64,000 bases of DNA from positions 149,792,001-149,856,000 of the forward strand of contig OZ320313.1 in NCBI GenBank assembly GCA_976226885.1. Reading direction: 5' to 3'. The notes under the pieces were generated by a model. That model ran no database searches. It was not told the origin of the DNA and saw only the letters and a list, made by a program, of their open reading frames with translations. Every line of letters begins with the position of its first letter. Position 1 is the first letter of the stretch. The position numbers were made by a program, and so were the translations under genes. Positions 49,135 through 62,690 of this stretch are shown here, one piece after another. The DNA is from Iphione sp. A-MEVVRFRX5. Taxonomy: Eukaryota.

Positions 49135-51450
49135 ACCGATGGCCAGGACCAGTGCGTCTGTGCGGATCGAGTTTCTTCCGGTGGGGGAGTTGCGACTTGC
49201 GGCGGCGGAATGGTATTTGAGAGACGAGGAGAGGTGTGGGCTGGTTTGGGGTGGCAGTGGGTCAGAGTATAGGGTGGTGTAGAGTAGTTCTGCTTTTTTT
49301 TTTATTATTATAAAAAAATGGTTTGATACATGTAGGTACACTTACATGTTGACATCTGCATGGATACTGCCATACCAATGGGTGGTGGTATCTAAAGACT
49401 TCGCACATAATGATATTGATGAGAAGATTAGGTGCAGATAACAAGGAAAGGGAAGTGAAGAAATAAAAAATAAAAAGTAAATAAGAGACAGACAGGGATA
49501 CAGACAGACGCACAGAGTCGTGACAGATATTCCGAGGAAAGAGCAACTCTGATGAGGAAAATGTTCAGAAATAATGGGGAAGAACCGAGGAGTATAAGGT
49601 AGGGGAAAGAGAGACAAGAGAGGGAATGTGGAAAAAGTAGAGAAGGACTAAAAGAGGGTGAAGAGGGTGAAGGAAAAGAGGGATAGAGAGAGGGATAACA
49701 GTTCAGAGTCAAACAGGCGACAGACCATACTTTAAAAACTCCTATAGAATAGCAGACAAAGGGATAGGAAGACAGGCAATGCACCACCCATCCCCATCCC
49801 CTTCACAGATGCACCGCATCACCAACGGCCATACCTCCCTCCCTCCCCTTCCCTCCCCTACAGACCCCTTCCATTTGCAGCTGAGGGCTGTCACTCAGAT
49901 GTTTGTTGGATTAAACTCAGCACCTTCACGTTTGCCGAATTAAGGGAGGTTTCCGAATGCCTGAGGCAGGTGAGGGATACCAACAGGCACGTGGCCGATG
50001 AGGTACATGTAAAGATTGGTCGGGGGGCGCAGGTAGATGAACCGGTAGAGGCAGACACGTGCGTATTACGACTGTGCGTGCGTGTATGGTGTATACGCCT
50101 ATGTAGGAACACACAAGGTGACACTCAAGCCGTGTCAGGAGGTTAATATACGGTTGTACTGGGTGGTTGGAATTGGCTCTGGATGAGGGCAGGGGCTCGG
50201 GTTAACCGGTTCTCTTTCTCGCCCTCCTGGTCTTTCTCTAGCTCCCGGTACCTTCCTCTCCACTGCTCCCAGTTCTTCCTCCATGGAACTGTCAATCTAC
50301 CAACATGTTCTTTACATGTGTTGAAACATTTGCCTTGTGTATCAAATATATTTCAAACCGTTTGTTGCAACAGTTCTCTGTTTATGGCTTGGTATTAATA
50401 AATGTGTGCACGCACAGCTATTCGTTACTCTTTATCGCTTTCTCTGTATAATTATCTACATTTCTTCGTAACGAATTGCTCTGGCATCTTTCATCTTTTC
50501 ATCCTCATATTCCCCCATTCATTTTTCCTGTCTCTCTCGCATCATTCTCTCATTTTCCCCTCTCAATCTCTTCGTTACCCTATCTCTGCTTCTCTCCAGT
50601 ATTCCACCTCCCTAGCTCTATCTGTCCATATGTCTGTCTCTTCATTTTAGCCTCACCATGTGAATTCTGGGTCTCCAACTCATTATTATTTTGTTTCTCG
50701 TCCTTAATTCCCTTGTTTTGCTCTTACCTCTTTTGCCCCTACTCTCTCCCCATTTCTTATTCTTTCACACATTTACACAGGGCGTTCACAAATACATACG
50801 TAAACGTACTTCTGGCCCATTTTCTTGCCCCTTAATTTGCTGCCATTTGCTTCATCAAGCTCACAGTTCAATTCCCAACCCCATTCAAAAACACCAAGCT
50901 CCTCTAAATTATTATGCATCGACGATAGATTTGTCAAAACGCCTTGCGCAGGAGCATGCCCTTGCTAAGGGGCCCCTACTATACATCGTGGTCTGTTTTC
51001 TCCGGAGGGAAGCCAGATAACTTAATGAAGCTTGGACCGACTCCCAGTGGCGGCAGATTCCGCACCCCTGACGCTGGCTTTCTACGCCATCTTCGTCCGG
51101 AACCCCGGCGGCCTAGGTCGGCGAGCGCCACGAGGACCGGGAGGTGGGCGGCCCGAGAAGATGAGACCGCGGGTCCCGTCTCCGCTCTCCCCTATACCCC
51201 CTCTCCGTCCGTGATGCTCCTTGTTCGTCTAACTCCAAACTACATACCAGTCAGTGAGGAGGGAGAGGCGGGAGTGACGGAGTCGACGAGGCAGTAGTAT
51301 GCTGTAGGGGCAAGTCAAAGTGTCGCACTAGGAGAACGGCCTAGAGAATTCCATGAGGGGCTAGAGGGGGGCAGCCTTGGAAGTGTAGGAAGGAGACACT
51401 AAGGTATAGGGTTGGACCTTATAGGTACAGTACTGAGGGGAGATGAACAA

Positions 51451-51530
51451 GAGGAGGAGGAGGAGGAGGAGGAGGAGGAGGAGGAGGAGGAGGAGGAGGA
51501 GGAGGAGGAGGAGGAGGAGGAGGAGGAGGA
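51451..51530. repeat. (GAG)n microsatellite, about 26 units
   Basis: Perfect GAG tandem repeat. Confidence 0.99.
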
Positions 51531-54500
51531 ACAAGGGGGTGGGGGTCGGGATTAGAGGAGGAGGAGGAGGTAAAGGAGAAGAAACAAAGAGTAGGGAAGG
51601 CAGGTCGAGATATAGCAGTTGTGCATTAATCACGGTAATAGAGGAGAGGCGGGAGGAAGATGAGCAGGAGGAGAAGAACGCACCAGAAAGGAACAGGAGG
51701 AGCTCTACCGCTATGAAGCTGAAGCAAAGCATACTGAGATAGAAGCGGGAGGAGGACCGCGGTGACACGTCCAAGTAGGCAATGTAGAGAAACCAGATTA
51801 AAGTATATTAGTTAAAATATCACCACAGTCCTGGAAGAGGCAGGGAAAGCAGGACGGGGTGGAGGACGGGAATGAAGGGGAACAAGGAGAAGAAGGAGAA
51901 AAGGGAAAGGAGGGGGTTAAGAAATGTACCGATGACAGACCGAGTTATAGAGTTAGAACTTCGGGCTATACAACTGGATGAGGGGGACGATGGCGGAGGT
52001 GCGAAGCACATAGGAACGGGATATGTTAAATGGGCCGAGGGAAGCCACAAACTCCCTCCAATGCAACATCCAAGGTGTGGATCCGAGGGGAAGCCAATTC
52101 AAAGTTTGGCTTCGGCGCCAGCCACCAGTGTGCTTTAGGCAGAGCACCAAGACCAAACCCTAAGGCTGAACATAAGGAAAGCCCATTTTAACCCTTCTCT
52201 TACAACTACCGGTAAAATTCATATCTAAAGGAGCATTTTTCCAGCTCTTCAGTGGAACTTAGCTGTTAGTGCTCTAAACTAAGAAAATACTACCAGTCCT
52301 CAACCGATGAACTCTTTGATTCCGATTCTAAATACGATGTTCAACTTGTATAGAAAATGTCTATCCCTTTTTCAACATTCCACAGAGGGGGAGCCCCTGC
52401 TGTGCAGCATCCTAACGTGGTGTTGTCGCCTGGGAGGGTATAGTACTTAGTAGCACCGAGAGAAATGTCTTACACCGGCATTTGCCACCCGATTACCTTT
52501 AAACAGCTCCCGCCATGCGCTCCCTACAGATTCCAGCGCCAGAGAAGTGAGAACAACCTATGGATTGATCCGTTATCAAAATATTTCTGATCTAATAAAA
52601 TAACAAAGCAATCATGAACTACATTTGTATCAAAAGTTTGGCTGCAGTAATTTTTCATGGGCATTATTACCATTTTATCCGTCATCAGCTCAACCTCTGC
52701 CACTCCTTTTTAACATGAGACGTATCTCGCAAACCAATTTCGCTGTTGCTGTTACACAGCACGTTTCAAGTGTATATAGGTCAAATAACTGGGTGAATTA
52801 ACATGCATAGTCTCTAATTATATTCTACATATGTCAACCCTAAGTAAAGCATATGACTTCTGTATGTTTCAGTTTCTCATTTCATTATCATCTCCGGTGA
52901 GGTTACACAGAGTTTTTCATGATACAAAGGTTTAGGTACTACAGTAAAATGTGAGATAAAGTAGGTAAAGGAAGGAGTTAACTGTATAAGAAAATAATCA
53001 AAGTTAACATCTGAAGGAGGTGTACCTAAGTTTGCAATAAACATTCGGTATATTGGGTAAGATTCTGTAATGCCATCTTAGGTAGTAGTGAACACTATAG
53101 CCTTTAGTGGCAGAAAAGAGGATGCACATGAAAAAAGAAGGTGCATATAATATTCCAATAGTAACATAGAACCAATGATACTACAAGGGGTGTCCATTGT
53201 TGGTAACTGTGCTCACTGCAATATGGGAAATGTACATGTAAACGTTCATGTACGTCCATATCCATCAGGACAACATGGGAATCATATCAAACATTAGACT
53301 TCCGAGTTAAAAGAGCACGTGTTTTTACATGTGCAGTGATCCACTGATCTCTTGCTGGACCAATGTAGTATGAAACTCACCTATGCCTGGTTTTCGAGAC
53401 TACAAGGCCGTGTTTTTATACAAAATCAATGTGAACATCACACCATGAGTAAGGAGTGAAAACACGTCCTTATGGATGAATGTACATGTATCATAATCCA
53501 CATGAACACGCATGCAAGTGGACAATGCACCTTTGTCTATGATAATATTAAAGAAATACTACTAAAGGAATTCATAGCTTTTCTAAATCTATCATGAAAC
53601 ATAAAATTGCTTGATAAAAGGTTGTTTCCATGATTATTAGCAAATTCTATGAAACATGGGCACGATAAAATACCTTTGTAAGAAGACAATTCTTATAACA
53701 GCAGTACAGAATAAGAGGCTTACATACACAACAAATTTCCCAGAGACATATCTCGACAAACAAAGCCATCATGATTAGAAATGTTTTCTCCCTTGAAATT
53801 TTCTTGCCTAAAGGTTTGCCCTGTAATGAGCACATTCACTCTTTCAAGGACAGTCTTGTTTAGTCCGTTATTCAATCTACCTCGCTCGCTCCCCGCCATA
53901 CACAGGTCCCCCCCGGGTTGCCTGGGGTGCATTGTGCTAAATGACAATCGTTTGTGTAACACTGCCTCAAAAGTGCATCTTCCTGACTGACATAAACCAC
54001 AACGGTGAAAAGCATCGGACTTTTTAGTAACGCTCTCCGCCAACAGCGGAGGATCACGTGACGAGAAGAGGAGACTGTCGGGATAGTCTTGGCTAGACAA
54101 TTTCCGTTTCGTAGATCCTCCCTTCAAAGGGATTTCAAGATCTGTTTAATGGGAAACATTAAAAATAGGAGATATCTAAGTCCGCGCCCTTCAGTAGGTG
54201 CTCTTTTGGGAATTCTGCACTGACTTCCCCTCTTTTATCCATCCCTTGTGTATATACAACAAATGCACCTTTTCATTCCAGAACTTTCGTTCAGGAGAAA
54301 CGAGAGACAGGTTTTCTTCAAAGTTCTTTTAAATTCCTTTTCTATCAAAATCTTAGAAGTGTTTAACTTTTTGAAAGCAGACGACTTTGGTATTCCGGCA
54401 AGCAGTCGTGGCGAGTTTCAATGGCGTTCATTGTGCCTCGTCTTGACATGTGATTAGTGCTTTCCGCTAAGGTGTTGGGATGCACGTTTTGCCGGTGTCT

Positions 54501-57500
54501 TTAGAACATGACGCCGTATTTTGTACGTTTTCTAAAGCGGTTCTGACGAGAAAGTATAGACCGATGAGAGGTATATTCGAAAGAGCGGCGATCTACATTT
54601 AAAACCTTGTTCCTGCCCTCTTTCTCGATTACCCCCCCCCCCCCACCTCTTGTCTCCATAAGCCTCCTCGGCCTTCTTATTTACATATTAGCTATACTAA
54701 AGAAAACTAGTGAATTACGCTACTTTCAAGCCCTCTACCCTCTCCCCTTCTACTTCTTCCCACCACCAACACTCTACTTCCAAATCTTCCACCCTTGCTT
54801 CACTCAAGATTCTTTCTTCTAGCCTTTCTCCCATCTTGTTTATAACTCTACTTTCAATTGCCCCCACCCCGCCCTCCGCAGTCACATTCTTTAATTTATT
54901 CTTCTATGATCCTCTTTTTCTCTCTTTCCTCCCTCTACCATGAGGTCCTCTACTCTTTCTTTCGTCATCTACCCCTCCCGAGGCTCTTTTCTCTTCCCAA
55001 GCCCTTCAACGTCTCCATCGTTCTCAAATCCACGTACCGATCCATTCCGTACTCCCTCCCAAGTCCTCCTCTAGTTGCTGCAAGTACAAGGAGCATGTAC
55101 AATAGTGAGGGTATGTCTCGGTCAAAGACGAGAGACACGCATTAGTTAATCCTCAATGAGGTTTGGGAGCCTCACAAGAACTGGACGCATCTTATTACAA
55201 CTGCGCACTACACGGGGCTCTGGACCACTGAAAGATGCCACTGGTAAATTATTGCTAAGGAAAGTCCTTCAGAAAACTTGGTGCGCTATGAGAAACGTGT
55301 CCTTTGCTAAACAAATCTTTCAAAATGAATCGAGTCCAACAGATATCCAATGACAGGATTTTGAAATGATATTACTCTTCAATATATTTGTCATGTTCGC
55401 TTCGGTGTCTGCTGTAGAGTATTTTTGGACCTTGCTTTAAATTTTCTTCAAAACTGTACAGGACAGACCTATCTAATTTAATGTGTTGCCTCATTCTAAA
55501 CTGCAAGGATAGACCCTATTGAAAAATAAAAGCAGTAATTACTAAAGAAATCATTGGCCATAATGGCTTCGTATTCCTAGATTACTGGGGAGGGTTGCTG
55601 TAATACATCCTTTGAACTTATTTTGAAAACCAAGTTTGTTTATGTTCATTTTCCCAACACATCCTTTGAAAATACCTCAGACGTTTATAGAATAGCTATT
55701 AAGAATGTACGTTTTCAGACAAGAGAATTCCCTCATTTAATCAGTGGTGGCTATCCGTAGGACTCTCCTTATCAAGGATGCATGCCGGCATCCACCAGAC
55801 CTTCGATGACCTGGGAAAAGAGTGTCACAACTTTGTCATATCAATTCAATATAAACTTGTTCGTATTTATAATTTACTGGTCTTCTGTTATTTTTCTTTA
55901 AATTCTTAAACCCTTTTCGTCTCTAATTAAAGGTATTCTATTTCTTGTGTCATTAATATCTAAACATGATCATTTACGATCGCGCACCTCTGACGCCTCA
56001 CAGTACAGAGCGAGGAGAAAATAGCCTAACGTAGTTCATCTCTCTCTCAGCAAGTGTATCCTCTCAGTTTCTAAGCTACCCCTGAAGTGCTCCTTAACCA
56101 CAGAGTCAGAACTGTCGTTGACTACGTAACACTGAAACAGTTGTTCTTACCGATGCTCACATGTAACAATGTGAGAAAAAACTGTTAAGTAAGAACTGGT
56201 AGCCACATGCTACATCCTAGGTATCTTTACTATCATCCTTAATGAACTTATTTTCAAAGTGATAGGTAGTAATAATTATGCCATTTCCTTACTGTCCTCA
56301 TCATCATACCAGTTGTAATATGTCATCTCTTCAAAGTCTTATTTGACTGCTCGCCTTTTTACGTCGTGAGGAAGCCCAAACCAATGAAATGGCGTTATTT
56401 TTACGAAAGCGTGCGAAAGACATAGCCCGCCCTTTAAGTGCAGAGGAACAGCACTCCATCCAACTATGTATGATCTTACTTTTTTGCAAGGTCAAAGTAG
56501 TTTTTACTCTGTACTTATAAGCCCAATCTAGGCAAACCCTATTGGTCTTTTATGAGCGTCTCTCATGTTAGTTTACAGGTATGTCGCGAGGTGTCGACAG
56601 GGGGCGCGCTGGGCATCCCCGGCGGAAGTACCTGTTGCAACACTTCAAGACACCGTTACAACGTAAGTAAACTTCCGGCGGTCACCGAACGCCCCCGTTA
56701 TCTCGAGTTCTGTTTTCGGATAGGTCTGGACTATGAAGCAAAGAAGGTCTTAATGATAAACCAAGAAAGTGGGCCGACTGGGAGTCGACACTGAAAATAA
56801 AACTGATACCCGGGTAGGGGATTGCTAAGGAGGGAAAAAAACTACTTTATGTCATGTGATAAATTTAATGGACGAGCCTGGGTATCTGACGGGTGAGTGT
56901 CAGTTTTTAGGGAAGAACTCACGGATTGCCCGGTGAAGTGTTGCAGAGGGTGAGTAACAGGGTTGGTAGGTGTAGGAAAGGAAGAGAGAAGAAATTAGAG
57001 AAGGGAGAGGTACTATCCACATCTGACTGCATGGAAGAGGAAAGGGAACAGGGGGGAAAGTGAGACAAGAGAAGGCTGTAAACGTTCAAAGGGGAAAATT
57101 GCGGGTTATAAATTGAAGAGAGAAAAAAGTCCATTGGTAGACAGATAAGGGGAAACAGCATTATTGACGATGATGACCGGCGAGGAAAAAGAAAGTGGGA
57201 AGATCAAATGAGTAAGAGAGGCGTGAGCAATGACAGAGAGAAATAGTGAACAAGAGAAGTAAAACAGACAAAAGAACCCAGAGTTGGAATGAAAACAACC
57301 AAGATTGAAACCGACGTTTTGGGTTTGCAATTCAGCATATTTTTTTTCTAAATGAGACAGTGTGGCCTGTGGAACCGCTCAGACCCTGGAACGTACACCA
57401 GAGGAAGAAAAAATAAAAATAAAAAGTGAACAAGGAGTAAAGAACAGCAACCTCTATAGCAGTACGCATAGCATCACCTTGAAGGTATGAGGTGAGGGGG

Positions 57501-57734
57501 TACAGGGAGGGGGTAAGAGGACAAAAGGGTTCCCAGTTGCTCCGACAGGGGGCGTGATAGAGCAACTCGTTGGGCCCATCCGTCAGAGTGAGCGGGAAGC
57601 TGTTGGGGTTAGCAGCTGATGCTGGAGTGGGAGGGAGGAAGGAGAGGGTGGGAGGGACGGGTGGACCTCAATGTATACGAACCATGTGTGCCAAGTTGCC
57701 GGAGCTGGGGGCAGGCCTTCAACATTATGACATG

Positions 57735-57869
57735 NNNNNNNNNNNNNNNNNNNNNNNNNNNNNNNNNNNNNNNNNNNNNNNNNNNNNNNNNNNNNNNNNN
57801 NNNNNNNNNNNNNNNNNNNNNNNNNNNNNNNNNNNNNNNNNNNNNNNNNNNNNNNNNNNNNNNNNNNNN
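57735..57869. other. Assembly gap (135 N)
   Basis: Run of n. Confidence 1.
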
Positions 57870-59030
57870 TAAAGATTTTTTAGCCCGACGGGAATAATTT
57901 TATTTATTCATATTTTTCATCCAAAGAGATCTCTTGGAGCTCACATTTATTTTTTTGAAAATTCAAATACTTTACAATATGTCAATATGTGAATGTATGT
58001 TTCTCTCACTATGAGAATACATCCAGCTGAAGAACATTCTGTGTATATTCACGATACATTTGAATGCAAATTTGCGACCATATTAATTTTTGACCAAAGC
58101 TGCTAATAAGACTATGTAAGCTCGGAACCAAATGTTTTCTCTTTGCATATGTAATATTACCAATTTGTGACCATATTCATTTGCGACCAAAACCAGCCTG
58201 CGAATACACCTTTTAGGGTCACTTTCATAGTATTTTAATACCAATACGCATGCATACATACATAAAAACGCCAACATAATTTATTACATTCATTCACCTA
58301 TACGTATCAACATATAAATACACACATGCACACATTTAAATACAAACACACAAATTTATGTGTTTTTGATTACCTACACTACATAAATACATCATCATGA
58401 AGTTAGATTTGAGATTGTTTTCTGTTGAAATAAGAACTAAATGCATGGAATACATACATATAAATATACATGCGCTTATACATACACACGTTTCCACGTA
58501 TATATCTATACACACACATGAATTTGAGTGTATGTGCTGGTCTCCCTCATATGCTACCAGACAAAAAAAGCTGATTTCAGATGGCAGCACAAATAATAGC
58601 GTTTATGTAGTTCAGCAGGTACGATACACTCGCAGGGTTTAATCTAAACATTCCCTCGGGTTATTTGTCAATTTACCGCACCGAACGCGGATCTCACATG
58701 TACAAATCTACAGGACCTTTCGCTGAGTCAGCAGGTGTGATGCTTCTGGTGCACGTGTCATGTATATATACTGAAAGTTCATCATTTTTTGAAAATTAGA
58801 AGAAAGGGTTTAGTTTTAATTGTAACGTTAAAATGGTGAATTTACCATATGTTGATCTGTTTAAACTGTTAGGAGTCAATGATTGGTCCCAAGAAGTAAT
58901 TCCACGCACACACACAGATACAGAGACGTACACCCTTTATTTAATGTTAACTCTGAACACACCATTCCCGTCAGTTTTGGCACTAATGACTTGACAGAAA
59001 CCGAACGCACTCTCTAACCAGAAAAGACAA

Positions 59031-59044
59031 GTCACCATGGTAAC
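59031..59044. promoter_or_regulatory. RFX X-box-like palindrome GTCACCATGGTAAC
   Basis: Near-perfect consensus; motif match only. Confidence 0.5.
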
Positions 59045-62000
59045 CGAGGACAAGCAATCTCTCTCTACTTCCGGACCAATTGAACTTATTATCAGATGTT
59101 CTACGGGTCATCTGTGTGTTCAACTGATACCAGGCAGTGACACGGGGGGGACGCTACTGAAGAGGAGAAAAAATTGTCAATTACTTACAGATAAGGCTTG
59201 ACAGCTTTTCTCCGATCTGCGGCAGCTTCTCAGCATTCGGAGCTCAGACTTGGGGCATACTACATGGGTCAAACGTATTTCTTTTAGTGACCCACCAAGG
59301 ACGGTCGGTAGCGGTTTTACACGGTTAGGTATTTTTGCTTCGTCAGTAGCTTCGTACTAACATAATAATGACATATGGCAATGTTGTAAAGTAAGAACAT
59401 AGAGATGTACTAGTACGTTTTGCGTGGTTTATTTCGTTTTCTTTCTTCATTTTATTGCATTTCCCTTGGACTTTTTCCCGAGTTATCCGGCTTTGTACCC
59501 GTCATAAAACATACCTAGTTGTCATGATAAGTTCTTAGCTGTCAGACGTTTCATAGATCTGGTTTTGTAAAGGAACTTTATGCTCAATTCCATCCTTTAC
59601 GTCTTCCCATTTTTTGATATTTTAGGTTTTCCTCGTGGAAAACTATACTATCTACAGAAACAAGCACATATAAACTGGACATTTGCTATTCTTTGCCATT
59701 TCTTATAATTGACTTGATAGAAAAAAGTCATCGTTCACATATTTGGCACCTTGAATTCTCTGGAAAATCATCAAATATCCCTCAAGAAATGGAAACGTCT
59801 TAGCCGCTTTAACATGGTGAAAATTCCTTAATATAAAGGGGACATGAAAACGGAAGCACACAGAAGGAAACGACAATTTCCCGGGTTGGCAATACTCTTC
59901 AGAGCCACAGAATACCAGTGAAGTTCTGAGATATGTAGGCTAGGGTCCTGGGCAGGGAGGGAATACTCGATGACAATGTTTGTAAAATTGCACAGGACTA
60001 CAAAACTAGATTGCCGCATTCACATCAAGGAATTCTTAATGTCAGCATCTTTGCAAGAGGAAATTTGTTGTGTACAATGCAGTGGAATGTTCAACGTTTT
60101 ATTAAATCAAAATGTGATGTTCATGTTTATATGTCTGCAGCTGCATCTACATAGTCTGTACAAGCCATTTCATCAGCCTTGCCTTTTCCATAATGACCTT
60201 ATTGAGCAGTGTATATAACATGCATGGACTGCTGCACGATATAGATAAGAACAGATGTATAGATTATGCCTATTGTCATTCTTCTGTGTTTTGGTGCAAA
60301 AATGAACTATGTAATGCCGCTACTCTGTGATACTCATGTACCAGCCTTATTAGAAAAGCCGTTCTGTAGACAGGCGTGCATGAAGTTAACAGACATACTA
60401 GAGAGCTAACAGTGGGTAATTGAGGATGAACCTTCTGTTTTTGATACAACAGCCATGTCACCTTAAGCCCACTCATGCTATGCCAATAAAACTGGATTCC
60501 ACGTTCCATACTTTGCAGAAACAATACGATTATAATCCATGATTAACCGCACGATTTTACTTGAAACGACCCCTGTTCAGATAGGCTGATTTGGATAATA
60601 CTCATTACCACGTTTTGAAGACCAAGAGAGTGATGGCTTCAATGGTAAGGTTCAATTATAGAGTGTGATCATGCACCGAGTATTACTCGTAACTCAAACA
60701 AACATGAGAGTACATGACAATGTTATAGGTCGGCCAACCTTCTATAATAAGAATGGCACGCACTCGACCATTCTATCAGCCTCTTATCTCTACCACTGAT
60801 AAGGTGTCAGTGGCGTGTCAAACCTAATATCAGACATGCCGCGGGAACAGCCTAGCACCAAACCCTGTCAGCTTGACAGTAGGGCTGACAGTAGAGCTGA
60901 CAGCTGTTCAAGGGGGAGAACACAAGAGAGATTGTCAAGTTGCAGGAGAAAGGATTTCGGAACATCTTTTGGCTGATGAAAATAAATGGTCATAACAATG
61001 TACAGAGGCAGTACAGTTCCTGGAAACAAACAAGGTATTCATGGACAATTTTCTAACAGTATAGACTGCCAAAGTATACGTTAAGTATATAGTTAAAAGT
61101 TATAGCCAGTAAAACTACCTGATGGAATTAATCAATAATAGTGTTTATGAATTTCAGAAAGGCTTTACTAACACATTAACTCACCTTTTACTGAAATGAT
61201 AGGTACCTAACTGTTGTATATATATATATATATATTTATATATAAAACCTTGAGTCTATACATGAGGTGATTTATTTTTGGAAATATTTCTTCCTTTACG
61301 ATTCATTTTGAAGAAACCTACACTGACGCAGTCCTTCTTGCGCAAACCCTTTCAATGCCAAGGATATTATTTTTCAAATGGTCCCTTCTTAACTCTTCCA
61401 GGACGGATGTTGCACGAAGGATATTTCATAGTAGGATGGATGTATACCTTTTCAAGTAAAAAAAACCTCACACTACAGTCTTTTCTAATGCCTTACAGAA
61501 TCTCTATTGTTTTTACCAGAGAACCCGTTTCATGGTTAATAAAACACTAGTACATTTGTATTACAAGGGTGGCAGTCCATAGAATGACGGTGTTGCTGGA
61601 ATTTGTGGAGTTCGTGTTCACATATATAACCAACGGCAATAAATCTATACCACATATATGTACTTGCTCAGAAAAGAGTAACTGATGAAAACTAAATTCT
61701 TGATTGATGCCGCTTTGCATGGAGAACTGGATGAATGACATCCATCCCTAATCTCTTCTCAAAAACCAGGGTTTGTCGCCAACGGGTGAAAACAAAGGTT
61801 TTCAGGGCCAGATACATGTACACTAGTTTTCCTGTAAATAAACCCTAACTACATGGGCCCTCCATGGACTTTGTCAAGCAGGGAACCGAGCTAGAGGATC
61901 AAGTGTTACACACGCAAACAGAAAGCGATTCTCTGGTATAAATCATCCCTGTTTATTCACAGAAATCATTATTTATCCTACAGTCAACTACCTCCCAGGA

Positions 62001-62534
62001 TAATCCTGTCGACAAATTCAGAGAAGCAAGATGGACGAACTTGATAGAAAAAAGGCGTGCAAAAGGGAATGACACTTTGAGTAATGGGAAGATTGAGATG
62101 AATCAGAACCTCCAGGAAAGAGCATTCAGTTAAACCTTTGTACTATCGATACCCAACACACAGGTCAAATGAAAGCATGTACGTCAGATCACCGTTGACT
62201 CACCTGGAAATGAATACGTGTACCTGTCCACAAGATACATAAATAAATTGACGTATTTGGATGGGCTTGGATGCATCGTGATCAATTAATAAAATGCATC
62301 GATTTGAGCGACAATTGTCAGGCCTGATTTTCTCATTTTCCCATCCAAAGTCTCTATTTGTCACCGTAGTGTATTCATCCTCCTCACAAACACTGCTACG
62401 CACATCTCTTCGGGCAACAGGTCTCCATGACCTCATCCAGAGAGCTTTGAGTGAACTTCTCTGGTGTTTAAAAGATGTGTCGGCCATACAAGGCTTCAAC
62501 TTTGAGGCGCAGCCATTCTCGTTCACATGTCGCT

Positions 62535-62690
62535 GTTCCCATGGTGACATCGGAGCGCCCCCCCCGGTGGCCTAGGATGACATGTCATCGGCCTTTACAT
62601 GTGTAATGATTTAGACGACGTGCTTCGAGCTCCGACCGACAGGGGGCCTTGCGGTGGAGATCCTGTCTCTATGCGCGCCCCCTTGTGGTC
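62535..62690. promoter_or_regulatory. GC-rich cluster: X-box (GTTCCCATGGTGAC) plus 2-3 CTCF-like motifs
   Basis: X-box 62535-62548; CCGACAGGGGGCC 62636-62648 (+); GACCACAAGGGGGCGCGCA 62690-62672 (-); weaker match at 62572-62555 (-). Confidence 0.5.

Noticed and set aside
51361-51774. Poly-Leu / poly-Arg ORFs
   Set aside because: Translations of the (GAG)n microsatellite.
25000-57440. Numerous Ser/Leu/Phe-rich or Arg/Lys/Glu-rich ORFs of 60-150 aa
   Set aside because: They arise from stop-poor pyrimidine or purine tracts and show no domain-like features.
59183-59260. Consensus donor T|GTAAGT that would create C-P-P-G on joining to exon 1
   Set aside because: In-frame TGA 18 codons upstream with no credible acceptor in between.
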